From NCBI GenBank assembly GCA_036274595.1, contig DASUFL010000021.1:8521-72520 (forward strand): a DNA stretch of 64,000 nt. Direction: 5' to 3'. This stretch comes from Candidatus Eiseniibacteriota bacterium. GTDB taxonomy: Bacteria > Eisenbacteria > RBG-16-71-46 > SZUA-252. This document shows positions 40,343 through 48,491 of the stretch, piece by piece. The position numbers and the translations under genes were made by a program. Positions within the stretch are counted from its first letter, which is position 1, and the number at the start of each line of letters is the position of its first letter. The notes below the pieces were generated by a model. The model was not told the DNA's origin. It searched no databases and worked only from the letters and a program-made list of their open reading frames with translations.

Positions 40343-41464
40343 TTAGGACTCGATCATCTCCACATTGGCGCGCGGAAGGAGCGCCTTCGATCCGTTCCCG
40401 AAATCCACTTCGAGCACGCGCACCTTGGCCTCGGTCTCGAGAGCCATGAGCTCGGGCGGCAGCGCGACCACCTTCCCCAGATGCCCGAAGTAGGGCTCGC
40501 GGATGACGCGGATCAGGCTTCCCAGCTCGAGGCCGCCATGGCCGGCCCCGGCGCCGTCGGCCCCGGCCGAGATCTCTTGCGGCACGACGATCTCCGGCCG
40601 CAGCACGCCGGCCCGGATCTGCGTGGCTCCGCTCACCGACGCCTTCTTCCCTTCGCACTGCTTCAAGAGCTCGAACGTGCGGCCCGCCATCGGGATCTCG
40701 CCGAAGCCCTCGGTCACGACGAGCGTGATGCCCTTCTCCTCCGATCCCGTGATCGCCACGCCCAGGTCGTAGCCCAGGAACTCGCGGAGATCCTGATCGT
40801 CGAAACCTCCCACGACGACCGCGCGCGCGCCTTTCTGGATGGCGACGCGGAGCACCTTGGTGCTCACGTGCGAGCCGCCCACGAGGACCTTCCCGCGGAC
40901 GTTGTCGCCGATCTTGGCCTCGGTGAGGGCCTCGCCCGGACCGTCCACGCACACGTGGAGCGTCCCGACGGTCTCGCCGCCGATGCCGAAGATTCCCTGG
41001 ATGAAGCTGCCGCGCGTCTCCACCGTCACGCCCTGGCCCTCGTGCACTTCGACGACGGTGCCGTCGACGTACGCGTCCACCTCCACGGGGATCGGAGGCT
41101 CGCGCAGGATGGCTTGCCCGGTCACGGTCGAGATGCTCTCGAGCGTCGAATCGATGGGCGCCATGCACTTCGACTTGAAGAGTCCGAAGAACGATTTGCT
41201 CTCGGCGAAAGCTTCGCCCTTCTTCAAGGTGGAGCCGACCGGCTTGACGAGGCAATCCGGGACGTCCTCGGGAAGCACGCCGAGGATGTTCGCGGCGTTC
41301 ACCGTCTGCACGTTCCCGGGCAGCTCCGTGCGCGCGACGACCGTCTCCGCCTCGACCTTCTGCCCCAGCTTCACGAGCACGTCTCCCGCGAGCGGGAGCT
41401 TGCGCTCCCGGTGGAGCACCGTGAACCGGGCCACCTTGAGACCGGGGGTGTAGGAGTGAGCCAT
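40343..41464 (-). CDS. Uncharacterised soluble protein: barrel-sandwich-hybrid repeats + swivel-like alpha/beta domain + KOW/SH3-like C-terminus
   Basis: GDVLVKLGQKV, LVKPVGSTLKKGE...APIDSTLESI, YVDGTVVEV, GKVLVGG...GARAVVVGG, and GSLIRVIREPYFGHLGKVV. Starts 3 nt after the glmL-like stop. Confidence 0.85.
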   Translation of the reverse strand: MAHSYTPGLKVARFTVLHRERKLPLAGDVLVKLGQKVEAETVVARTELPGNVQTVNAANILGVLPEDVPDCLVKPVGSTLKKGEAFAESKSFFGLFKSKCMAPIDSTLESISTVTGQAILREPPIPVEVDAYVDGTVVEVHEGQGVTVETRGSFIQGIFGIGGETVGTLHVCVDGPGEALTEAKIGDNVRGKVLVGGSHVSTKVLRVAIQKGARAVVVGGFDDQDLREFLGYDLGVAITGSEEKGITLVVTEGFGEIPMAGRTFELLKQCEGKKASVSGATQIRAGVLRPEIVVPQEISAGADGAGAGHGGLELGSLIRVIREPYFGHLGKVVALPPELMALETEAKVRVLEVDFGNGSKALLPRANVEMIES

Positions 41465-41467
41465 GGG

Positions 41468-43288
41468 TCAGACCCTCGCCAGGACCGGGTAGACGTCGAG
41501 GGCCTCGTTCCACTCGGCCAGCTTGGTGATCCTCTGGGTTCGATCCTGCGGGAGGACGAAGGGTTGGCGGCCGCGGCAGTCGAAGATCACGCCGACGACC
41601 CCGCCGCGGAGCGTCACCTCGCGCTCCCTCCCCTTGCCCGCGCCCACGTCGAGGCCGCGGTCGGGCCGGAGCATCGCCTTCACGGTCTGGCCGTCGGGAA
41701 CCGGGATGAGCCTCAGGTAGCCGAACGGCACCGACACCTCCTCCTTCCGCCCGCCCTGGAACTCGAGCGACGCCTTGAGCGCCGTCACGCCATCCTTGCA
41801 CGCGCCCACCGGAGCGACGCTCGCGCCGAGTCGAATCAGGCAGTCCTTCTCGAACACCTGCTTCGCCGCCTCGGGATGCACGGTCGAGAGGACGCCGAGC
41901 TGCGGCATCATGAAGATCGAATCGACCGCGAGCTCCGTGACGTGCTCGGGGAGGAACGCGTCGAGCATCATGAGCGCCGACTGCGCGCGCCTGGGCGCGT
42001 GCGAGAGGACGCCGCCGCTCCCGACGAGGAGGTCGAGATGGTCGAGGCGCACGAGCGTCGCGCCGCTCCCCGTCTGCTCGAAGGTGTCGGAGATCGTCCG
42101 CTCCTGCTGCACTCCCTTCAGGCCGACGGCGAGCATCTTGTGCTGGTCGAACGCGAGCCGGAGCGCCTCCCGCGCGATCGCCTGCTCGATCACGAGCTCC
42201 TCCAGCGTCTGCGGGATCGTGGTCGGGCGGATCATCTTGTTCTTGATGCGGTTGCGGAGGTCGGGCTCGCCGATCTCGAAGGGCACCCAGCGGAGGATGT
42301 TCGGAAGGCCGGCCTCCGCGAGCACGTTCGACACGCTGTAGGACATGCCGAGGTTCGCGCTCACGGTGCGATTGAAGACCCCCTGGAAGACCGAGAAGAC
42401 GTCCGTCGTGGCCCCGCCGATGTCGACGCCGATGACGTTGATCTTCTCGTCCCGCGCGATTCGCTCCATGATCAGCCCGACCGCGCCGGGAGTCGGCATG
42501 ATCGGCACCGGCGACCAGGTCATGAGCTTCTTGTACCCGGGCGCGTGCGCCATCACGTGCTCCATGAAGAGGTCGTGGATCTTGTCGCGGGCGGGCGAGA
42601 GATTCTCGCGCTCGAGGGTCGGGCGGAGATTGTCGGTGATGACCAGCGCGGTCTTCGAAGCGAGCCGCTCCTCGACGATCTGGCGCGCGTCCTTGTTCCC
42701 CGCGTAGATCACGGGGAGCTCGTAGCCCGCGCCGAGCCGCGCCTTGGGATCGGCCGCGGCGAGAAGCTCGGCCATCTCGGCCACGTGCGAGGTGGTGCCG
42801 CCGTCCACGCCCCCCGAGAGGAGGATCATGTCGGGGCGGAGCTGGCGGATCCGCTTGATCTTCTCGTGCGGGAGCCGCCCGTCGTTGCTCGCGATCACGT
42901 CCATGACGATCGCGCCCGCGCCGAGCGCGGCGCGCTGCGCGCTCTCGCCGGTCATGCTCTTCACCACCCCCGAGACCATCATCTGGAGCCCGCCCCCGGC
43001 GCTCGAGGTCGAGATGTAGAGGTCGACCCCCTCGTTCCCCTTCTGCGGCGAGAGGATCCGCTCGCCGTCGAGGAGCTTTCGGCCGGCCAGCTCCTCGACC
43101 TCCATGATGGCGTTCAGCACGCCGCGCGTGACGTCCTCGAACGGCGCTTCCACCGTGGTGGGCGCCTCGCCGCGCACGATGAGCCGGTACTCCGCCCCCC
43201 GGCGCTCGATCAGGATCGCCTTGGTGGTCGTGCTGCCGCAGTCGGTCGCGAGGATCGACTGGATGTCGTCGGGCTTGGGAATGCTCAC
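41468..43288 (-). CDS. glmL: GlmL/MutL-like (glutamate mutase L family) ASKHA-fold ATPase
   Basis: Phosphate-1 ATDCGSTTTKA, SSAGGGLQM, LSGGVDGG, phosphate-2 VDIGGATTDVFS, RTVSANLGMSYS and GSGGVLSH. 606 aa. Confidence 0.85.
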   Translation of the reverse strand: MSIPKPDDIQSILATDCGSTTTKAILIERRGAEYRLIVRGEAPTTVEAPFEDVTRGVLNAIMEVEELAGRKLLDGERILSPQKGNEGVDLYISTSSAGGGLQMMVSGVVKSMTGESAQRAALGAGAIVMDVIASNDGRLPHEKIKRIRQLRPDMILLSGGVDGGTTSHVAEMAELLAAADPKARLGAGYELPVIYAGNKDARQIVEERLASKTALVITDNLRPTLERENLSPARDKIHDLFMEHVMAHAPGYKKLMTWSPVPIMPTPGAVGLIMERIARDEKINVIGVDIGGATTDVFSVFQGVFNRTVSANLGMSYSVSNVLAEAGLPNILRWVPFEIGEPDLRNRIKNKMIRPTTIPQTLEELVIEQAIAREALRLAFDQHKMLAVGLKGVQQERTISDTFEQTGSGATLVRLDHLDLLVGSGGVLSHAPRRAQSALMMLDAFLPEHVTELAVDSIFMMPQLGVLSTVHPEAAKQVFEKDCLIRLGASVAPVGACKDGVTALKASLEFQGGRKEEVSVPFGYLRLIPVPDGQTVKAMLRPDRGLDVGAGKGREREVTLRGGVVGVIFDCRGRQPFVLPQDRTQRITKLAEWNEALDVYPVLARV

Positions 43289-43689
43289 GAAGATTCCTTT
43301 CGGTTCCGCGCCTCGTCGCGCTCCGCGCGCCGGCGCGCCTTGGCCGCCCGCTCCTCGTCGCGAACCGCCTCGTCGCGCCGCTCGATCTTCACGAGCAGCG
43401 CCTCCAAGGTGTCGCGCCGCTCCACGAGGGCGGCGAATCGCTCGTAGTCCGGAACCGTGAAGAAGGCCCGGACCATCGGTTCGAAAAAGTAGAGCGCCTG
43501 GCTGCTCACGAACGAGAGCGGCTTGACGCTCTCGAGCGTGAGGATGGCCGGCACCGTCATCCGGAGCGCGACCACGCGCTCCGCCACCCGGTCGAGCAAG
43601 GCCTCGTCTTCCGGCGACCGCGTGTCAGGCGGCGCGGGACTTGAGGCGCGCTTCCACGAACGCAACCACTTGATCGCGGTTCCCTCCAA
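43285..43689 (-). CDS. Conserved hypothetical helical protein
   Basis: LLDRVAERVV..RMTVPAILTLESVKPLSFVSSQ..FFEPMV pattern with a charged coiled tail; GTGA-coupled to glmL. The start is uncertain. Confidence 0.75.
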   Translation of the reverse strand: MEGTAIKWLRSWKRASSPAPPDTRSPEDEALLDRVAERVVALRMTVPAILTLESVKPLSFVSSQALYFFEPMVRAFFTVPDYERFAALVERRDTLEALLVKIERRDEAVRDEERAAKARRRAERDEARNRKESS

Positions 43690-44077
43690 AGAGGAGCCGG
43701 ACGCCGCGATACGCTTCGAGCCAGCTCCGCTTCTCGAATGGGCTCAGGAAAACGCCCGTCTGGTCCACCGTCATGCGCCGCATCTCCGTCCACGGGCGGA
43801 CTCGGGCCACGCCCAGGGACCGCACCTCGACCGCGTCGTCGGTCAGCCGGTACGTCGTCGGCAAGAGAAACGACGAGAGCGAGACGAGAATGAAGAGCGG
43901 CGTCGCCACGCCCAGCACCCGATCCTGGGTCCCGTGCGCCACGAGCACGCCAAGAACGATCGCGGAGGCCGCGAGCACGGCCGCCGCGAGCGGCCGCTCG
44001 CGCGCGGGCCACGCGGTCCAGGTGAGCGCGCCTTCCGGCGTTTGGGCCGGGCGGCGCTCCCGCTCAGCCTCCGGCAC
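43625..44077 (-). CDS. Two-TM membrane protein with a bacterial PH-like C-terminal domain
   Basis: W..WP..ERP, two TM helices, then PTTYRLTDDAVEV.....VRPWTE. Confidence 0.75.
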   Translation of the reverse strand: MPEAERERRPAQTPEGALTWTAWPARERPLAAAVLAASAIVLGVLVAHGTQDRVLGVATPLFILVSLSSFLLPTTYRLTDDAVEVRSLGVARVRPWTEMRRMTVDQTGVFLSPFEKRSWLEAYRGVRLLFGGNRDQVVAFVEARLKSRAA

Positions 44078-45533
44078 CCTCGGCCTCGAGATCCTGCCAG
44101 GAGAGGATCAGCTTCCTCGCGGCCCGCCCCTCGTCCAGGCGGCGCACCGGCGTCTGCGTGGGCGCCTGGCGGACGCGTTCCGGATCCTCCACGCTCTCCC
44201 GGTCGATCTGCAGCATCGCATCCGCGAAGGCGTCGAGGCTCGCTTTCGTCTCCGTCTCGGTGGGCTCGATCATGAGCGCCTCCTCGACGATGAGCGGGAA
44301 GTAGATCGTCGGCGCGTGCATGCCGAAATCGAGGAGCCGCTTCGCGATGTCGAGCGCCTTCACCCCGCGCGCCTTCTGGCGCGACGCGGAGAGAACGAAC
44401 TCGTGCATGCAGGGCCCGTCGTGGGACGGGGCATACGCGTCCTTGAGCCTCGCCTTGAGATAGTTCGCGTTGAGGATGGCCTCGCGGCTCGCCTCGGCGA
44501 TGCCCGACGCTCCGAGCGAGCGCATGTAGCAGAGCGCCCGCACCAGAATTCCAAAGTTCCCGTAATACGAGTGCACGCGCCCGATCGACTTGGGACGGTC
44601 GTAGCTCCAGCGGTACCGGTCGCCGTCCTGCTCCACCACCGGCATCGGGAGATACGGCTCGAGGTCCTTCCGGACGCAGAGAACGCCGCCGCCGGGGCCG
44701 CCCCCGCCGTGCGGCGTCGAGAACGTCTTGTGGAGATTGATGTGCGCGAAGTCGAAGCCCATCGCGCCCGGGCTCGCGAGCCCCATCATCGCGTTCAGGT
44801 TCGCGCCGTCCAGATAGAGGAGCGCGCCGGCGTCGTGGATGAGCTTCGCGATCGTCCCGACCTGCCGCTCGAAGATCCCGAGCGTGTTCGGGTTGGTCAG
44901 CATCATCGCCGCCGTCTTGGGCGAGATCGCGCGCTTCAAGGCGTCGAGGTCGATGCACCCGTCAGGACCGGACGGGATCTGCACCACCCGGTAGCCCACC
45001 TGATGCACCGTCGACGGGTTCGTGCCGTGGGCCGAGTCGGGCACGATCACTTCCTCGCGCGGGTCGCCGTGATCGCTGTGGTACGCCCGTGCCATGAGCA
45101 CCGCGGCCAATTCGCACTGCGCGCCGGCGGCGGGCTGCGTGGTCACGCCCGGCATTCCCATCACGACGCGGAGCCATTCGTGGAGCTCGAGAACGACGGC
45201 GAGCGCTCCCTGCGCCAGCTCGTCCGGCTGGAGCGGATGGATCGCGGCGAAGCCCGGGATTCGCGCCATCTCGTCGTTCAGCTTCGGGTTGTATTTCATC
45301 GTGCACGACCCGAGCGGATAGATGGCCTTGTCGATATGGTGGTTCAAGGTCGAGAGGTTCACGAAGTGGCGCATCGCGACCGGCTCGGAGATCTCGGGGA
45401 GCGCGGCGCGGTCCTTCCGGATGCGGTCGGCCGGCAGCAGGCGATCGACGCCGCGGGCGGGCACGTCGAGCGGCATGAGCCGCGGCCCGCGGTGTCCTTC
45501 GACGGAGAGCTCGCTCAGGGTCAGCTCTGACAC
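44064..45533 (-). CDS. gcvPB: Glycine dehydrogenase (decarboxylating) subunit 2
   Basis: YPLGSCTMKYNPK, QPAAGAQCE, SAHGTNP, YLDGANLNA and PLP-Lys HINLHKTFSTPHGGGGPG. GTG 45533 follows GGAGGAGG. Confidence 0.98.
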   Translation of the reverse strand: MSELTLSELSVEGHRGPRLMPLDVPARGVDRLLPADRIRKDRAALPEISEPVAMRHFVNLSTLNHHIDKAIYPLGSCTMKYNPKLNDEMARIPGFAAIHPLQPDELAQGALAVVLELHEWLRVVMGMPGVTTQPAAGAQCELAAVLMARAYHSDHGDPREEVIVPDSAHGTNPSTVHQVGYRVVQIPSGPDGCIDLDALKRAISPKTAAMMLTNPNTLGIFERQVGTIAKLIHDAGALLYLDGANLNAMMGLASPGAMGFDFAHINLHKTFSTPHGGGGPGGGVLCVRKDLEPYLPMPVVEQDGDRYRWSYDRPKSIGRVHSYYGNFGILVRALCYMRSLGASGIAEASREAILNANYLKARLKDAYAPSHDGPCMHEFVLSASRQKARGVKALDIAKRLLDFGMHAPTIYFPLIVEEALMIEPTETETKASLDAFADAMLQIDRESVEDPERVRQAPTQTPVRRLDEGRAARKLILSWQDLEAEGAGG

Positions 45534-46906
45534 GCGGCCTCCTCCCTCGGGCTCTTGGCGTGGGCCTTGGCCCACGACGCGAGCGCTTCGACGTAGCGGT
45601 CCAGGTCTTCCTTGCTCCGCTTCTCGGTCACGGCCACGAGGAGATCGTTCGGACGGGAGCGGTCGAACCGGGCGAGCGGGATGCCCGCGAGGATGCGGCG
45701 GTCGAGCGCCGCGCGCGCGAACGACTCCGCCGCCGCGGGAAGGCGAAGCACGAGCTCCCGGAAGAAGGGCGCGTCCTCGTGCGCCAACCTGATGCCTGGG
45801 ATCTCGCGGACCCGATCGGCGAGGTAGTGCGCGCGCTCCAGGCACTGGGTCGCCACGTCCTTGAGTCCCTCCGCGCCGAGGAGCGCCAGGTAGACCGTGT
45901 TCGCGAGGGCCATCAGCCCCTGGTTGGTGCAGATGTTGGAGGTCGCGCGCTCCCGCCTGATGTGCTGCTCGCGGGTCTGGAGCGTCAGCACGTAGCCGCG
46001 CTTCCCCTCGAGATCCACGGTCACCCCCGCGAGACGCCCCGGGAGCCTTCTCACCTCCGCCTTCCGGATGGCGAAGAAGCCGACCAGGGGGCCGCCGTAG
46101 GCCATCGGAACGCCGAGCGGCTGCCCTTCGCCGAAGACCACGTCCGCTCCGTCGTGCCCCGGCGGACGCAGCAGGGCGAGCGCCACCGGATCCGCCCCCG
46201 CGAGCGAATAGGCGCCGATCTCGTGGGCGGCCTTGGTCAGCGCGGCGCCATCTTCCACCACGCCCTCGAAGTTCGGCTGCGCCCAGATCAGGGCCGCCAC
46301 GTCGGACCCGGCCGTGGCGATCGGTCCCGCGGGCGTGCGCCCGTTCTCGAGCGCGATCTCCTCGATGTGGAATCCGCCCGCCGACGCGTAGGTGCGGAGC
46401 ACCTCGCGCGTGTGCGGGTGGACGCCGGCCGAGCAGAGCATGCGCTTCTTGCCCGTGGCGCCGGCCGCGAAGTGGGCCGCTTCCACGGCCGCCGTCGCCC
46501 CGTCGTACAGGGACGCGTTGGCGACTTCCATGCCGGTCAGCTCGCGGATCATGGACTGGTACTCGAAGATCACCTGCAGCGTGCCCTGCGCGACCTCGGG
46601 CTGGTAGGGCGTGTAGGCCGTCGCATACTCGGAGCGCGACACGATCGAGCGGAGCGCGGCCGGGATGAAGTGGTCGTAGATGCCGCCGCCCAGGAAGCAG
46701 GCATACCGGCCCGCGTCGGCGTTCCGCTCGCCCCACTGCTCGAAGCGGCGCGCGATCTCGTACTCCGCGAGCGGCGCGGGAAGCGGAAGCGGGCCCTGGA
46801 CGCGGAATTCAGCGGGAATCGAGGCCCAGAGATCCTCGTCCCGGGAGACGCCGATCCGCTCCAGCATGGCGCGGCGCTCGGCGTCGCTCCGTCCGACGAA
46901 GCTCAC
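45521..46906 (-). CDS. gcvPA: Glycine dehydrogenase (decarboxylating) subunit 1
   Basis: FLGGGIYDH, YTPYQPEVAQG, ANASLYDGATA, GEGQPLG and TREQHIRRERATSNICTNQ. Confidence 0.98.
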   Translation of the reverse strand: MSFVGRSDAERRAMLERIGVSRDEDLWASIPAEFRVQGPLPLPAPLAEYEIARRFEQWGERNADAGRYACFLGGGIYDHFIPAALRSIVSRSEYATAYTPYQPEVAQGTLQVIFEYQSMIRELTGMEVANASLYDGATAAVEAAHFAAGATGKKRMLCSAGVHPHTREVLRTYASAGGFHIEEIALENGRTPAGPIATAGSDVAALIWAQPNFEGVVEDGAALTKAAHEIGAYSLAGADPVALALLRPPGHDGADVVFGEGQPLGVPMAYGGPLVGFFAIRKAEVRRLPGRLAGVTVDLEGKRGYVLTLQTREQHIRRERATSNICTNQGLMALANTVYLALLGAEGLKDVATQCLERAHYLADRVREIPGIRLAHEDAPFFRELVLRLPAAAESFARAALDRRILAGIPLARFDRSRPNDLLVAVTEKRSKEDLDRYVEALASWAKAHAKSPREEAACQS

Positions 46907-47289
46907 GCGTGCGCCCCCAGGGTCTTCTCGTAGTCCTCGGCCGAGAGGAGCGCGTTCACTTCGGCGGGCGACTCGAGCCGGATGCGCACCATCCACCCGT
47001 CCTTGTAGGGCGAGCGGTTCACGAGCGCGGGATCGTCCTTGAGCGCGCCGTTCACCGCCACGATCTCGCCGGTGACCGGGGCGAAGAGATCGCTCACCGT
47101 CTTCACCGCGTCGATCGTGCCGAACGTCTTCATGTACGTCACCTTGGAGCCTGGGGCCGGGAGCTCGACGAAGATCACATCGCCCAGCTCCCCCTGCGCG
47201 TAGTCGGTCACGCCCACCACCGCCTCGCCCCCCTCGACGCGGATCCACTCGTGCTCCTTCGTGTAGCGCAGCTCGCGCGGCACGTTCAT
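46903..47289 (-). CDS. gcvH: Glycine cleavage system H protein
   Basis: YTKEHEW, GVTDYAQGELGDVIFVELP, lipoyl-Lys DAVKTVSD, and VNRSPYKDGW. Confidence 0.98.
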   Translation of the reverse strand: MNVPRELRYTKEHEWIRVEGGEAVVGVTDYAQGELGDVIFVELPAPGSKVTYMKTFGTIDAVKTVSDLFAPVTGEIVAVNGALKDDPALVNRSPYKDGWMVRIRLESPAEVNALLSAEDYEKTLGAHA

Positions 47290-48419
47290 TGCGGCCTCCT
47301 GGGTTTCGGCGATCGAACGGATCCGTGCTGGTACATCGGACGCGCGGTGACCTTGGCCGGCACGGCATGGCCGCGCGTGACCACGTCGACGGTCTGGCCT
47401 ATGGCCGAGACCTCGCGCGCGAGGTAGGCCATGGCGATCGGACGCCCGATCGAGAGGCCCATCGAGCCGCTCGTGACCTTGCCGACGTTGGCCCCGTCCT
47501 TGTCGACCTCCGCGCCGGCGCGCGCGATCTTGTCGCCATCGAGGACCAGCCCCTGGAGCCGGCGCGACACGCCCAGCTCCTTGGACCGGCGGAGCGATTC
47601 CGCCCCGATGAACTCGGACTTGTCCCACCGCACGGTCCACGCGAGCCCCGCCTCGAGCGGGTTCGTGGTCTCGTCGATGTCGTTCCCGTAGAGGCAGTAG
47701 CCCATCTCGAGCCTGAGCGTGTCCCGCGCGCCGAGACCGATCGGGCGGATTCCCTCGGGGCTCCCCGCCTCGAAGACGCGATCCCAGAGCGCGAGCGCGC
47801 GCGGCGCGCGGACGTAGATCTCGAACCCGTCCTCGCCCGTGTAGCCGGTGCGCGAGATGAGCGTCCAGTCGTCGCCGGTTCCGATCTCGAATCCTTCGTA
47901 GAAGCCGAGCGCGCGGACGCGCTCGCCGTAGAGCCGCGCGACCACGTCCTCGGACTTGGGACCCTGCACCGCGAGCTGCGCCGTCCCTGCGTTCTCGTCA
48001 TGCACGGTGACGTCGGCCGGGCAGTGCTCCTGGACCCAGGCGAGGTCCTTCTCGAAGTTCGCGGCGTTCACGACGAGGAGCCGGTCCTCGCCCAGTCCGT
48101 AGACGAGGAGGTCGTCGATGATTCCCCCGCTCTCGAGGCACATGGGCGTGTAGACCACCTTGCCTTCCGGGAGCTGGCCCGCCTCGTTCGTGACGAGCCG
48201 GTTCGCGAGGGCGACGGCGCCGCCGCCGGTCAGCCGGATCTCGCCCATGTGGGAGACATCGAAGACCCCGACCCCGGTGCGGACGGCCCGGTGCTCGGCC
48301 ATGATCCCTTCGTACTGGATCGGCATCTCGTGCCCGGCAAAGGGGACCATCTTGGCCCCGAGGGCCACGTGGCGGGGGTAGAACGGAGTGCGCGTGAGCG
48401 CGGAGGCCGTTTCGAGCAT
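47286..48419 (-). CDS. gcvT: Glycine cleavage system aminomethyltransferase T
   Basis: GVFDVSHMGEI, SRTGYTGEDGFEI and GLGARDTLRLEMG. Confidence 0.98.
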   Translation of the reverse strand: MLETASALTRTPFYPRHVALGAKMVPFAGHEMPIQYEGIMAEHRAVRTGVGVFDVSHMGEIRLTGGGAVALANRLVTNEAGQLPEGKVVYTPMCLESGGIIDDLLVYGLGEDRLLVVNAANFEKDLAWVQEHCPADVTVHDENAGTAQLAVQGPKSEDVVARLYGERVRALGFYEGFEIGTGDDWTLISRTGYTGEDGFEIYVRAPRALALWDRVFEAGSPEGIRPIGLGARDTLRLEMGYCLYGNDIDETTNPLEAGLAWTVRWDKSEFIGAESLRRSKELGVSRRLQGLVLDGDKIARAGAEVDKDGANVGKVTSGSMGLSIGRPIAMAYLAREVSAIGQTVDVVTRGHAVPAKVTARPMYQHGSVRSPKPRRPQ

Positions 48420-48463
48420 CCTCTTTCCTTAGGGATAGATACGGCGTCGATCGAAGAGGGGCA

Positions 48464-48491
48464 ACCTTAGCACATCCCCCGTGGATTTCAA
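48464..48491 (-). promoter_or_regulatory. sigma70 promoter for the gcv super-operon
   Basis: TTGAAA, N16 (ending TGC), TAAGGT; the 5' UTR is only about 40 nt. Confidence 0.65.

Noticed and set aside
41468-43288. Calling the locus a glutamate/methylaspartate mutase pathway
   Set aside because: No B12-binding or catalytic mutase subunit is encoded in the window; only the accessory-type ATPase is present.
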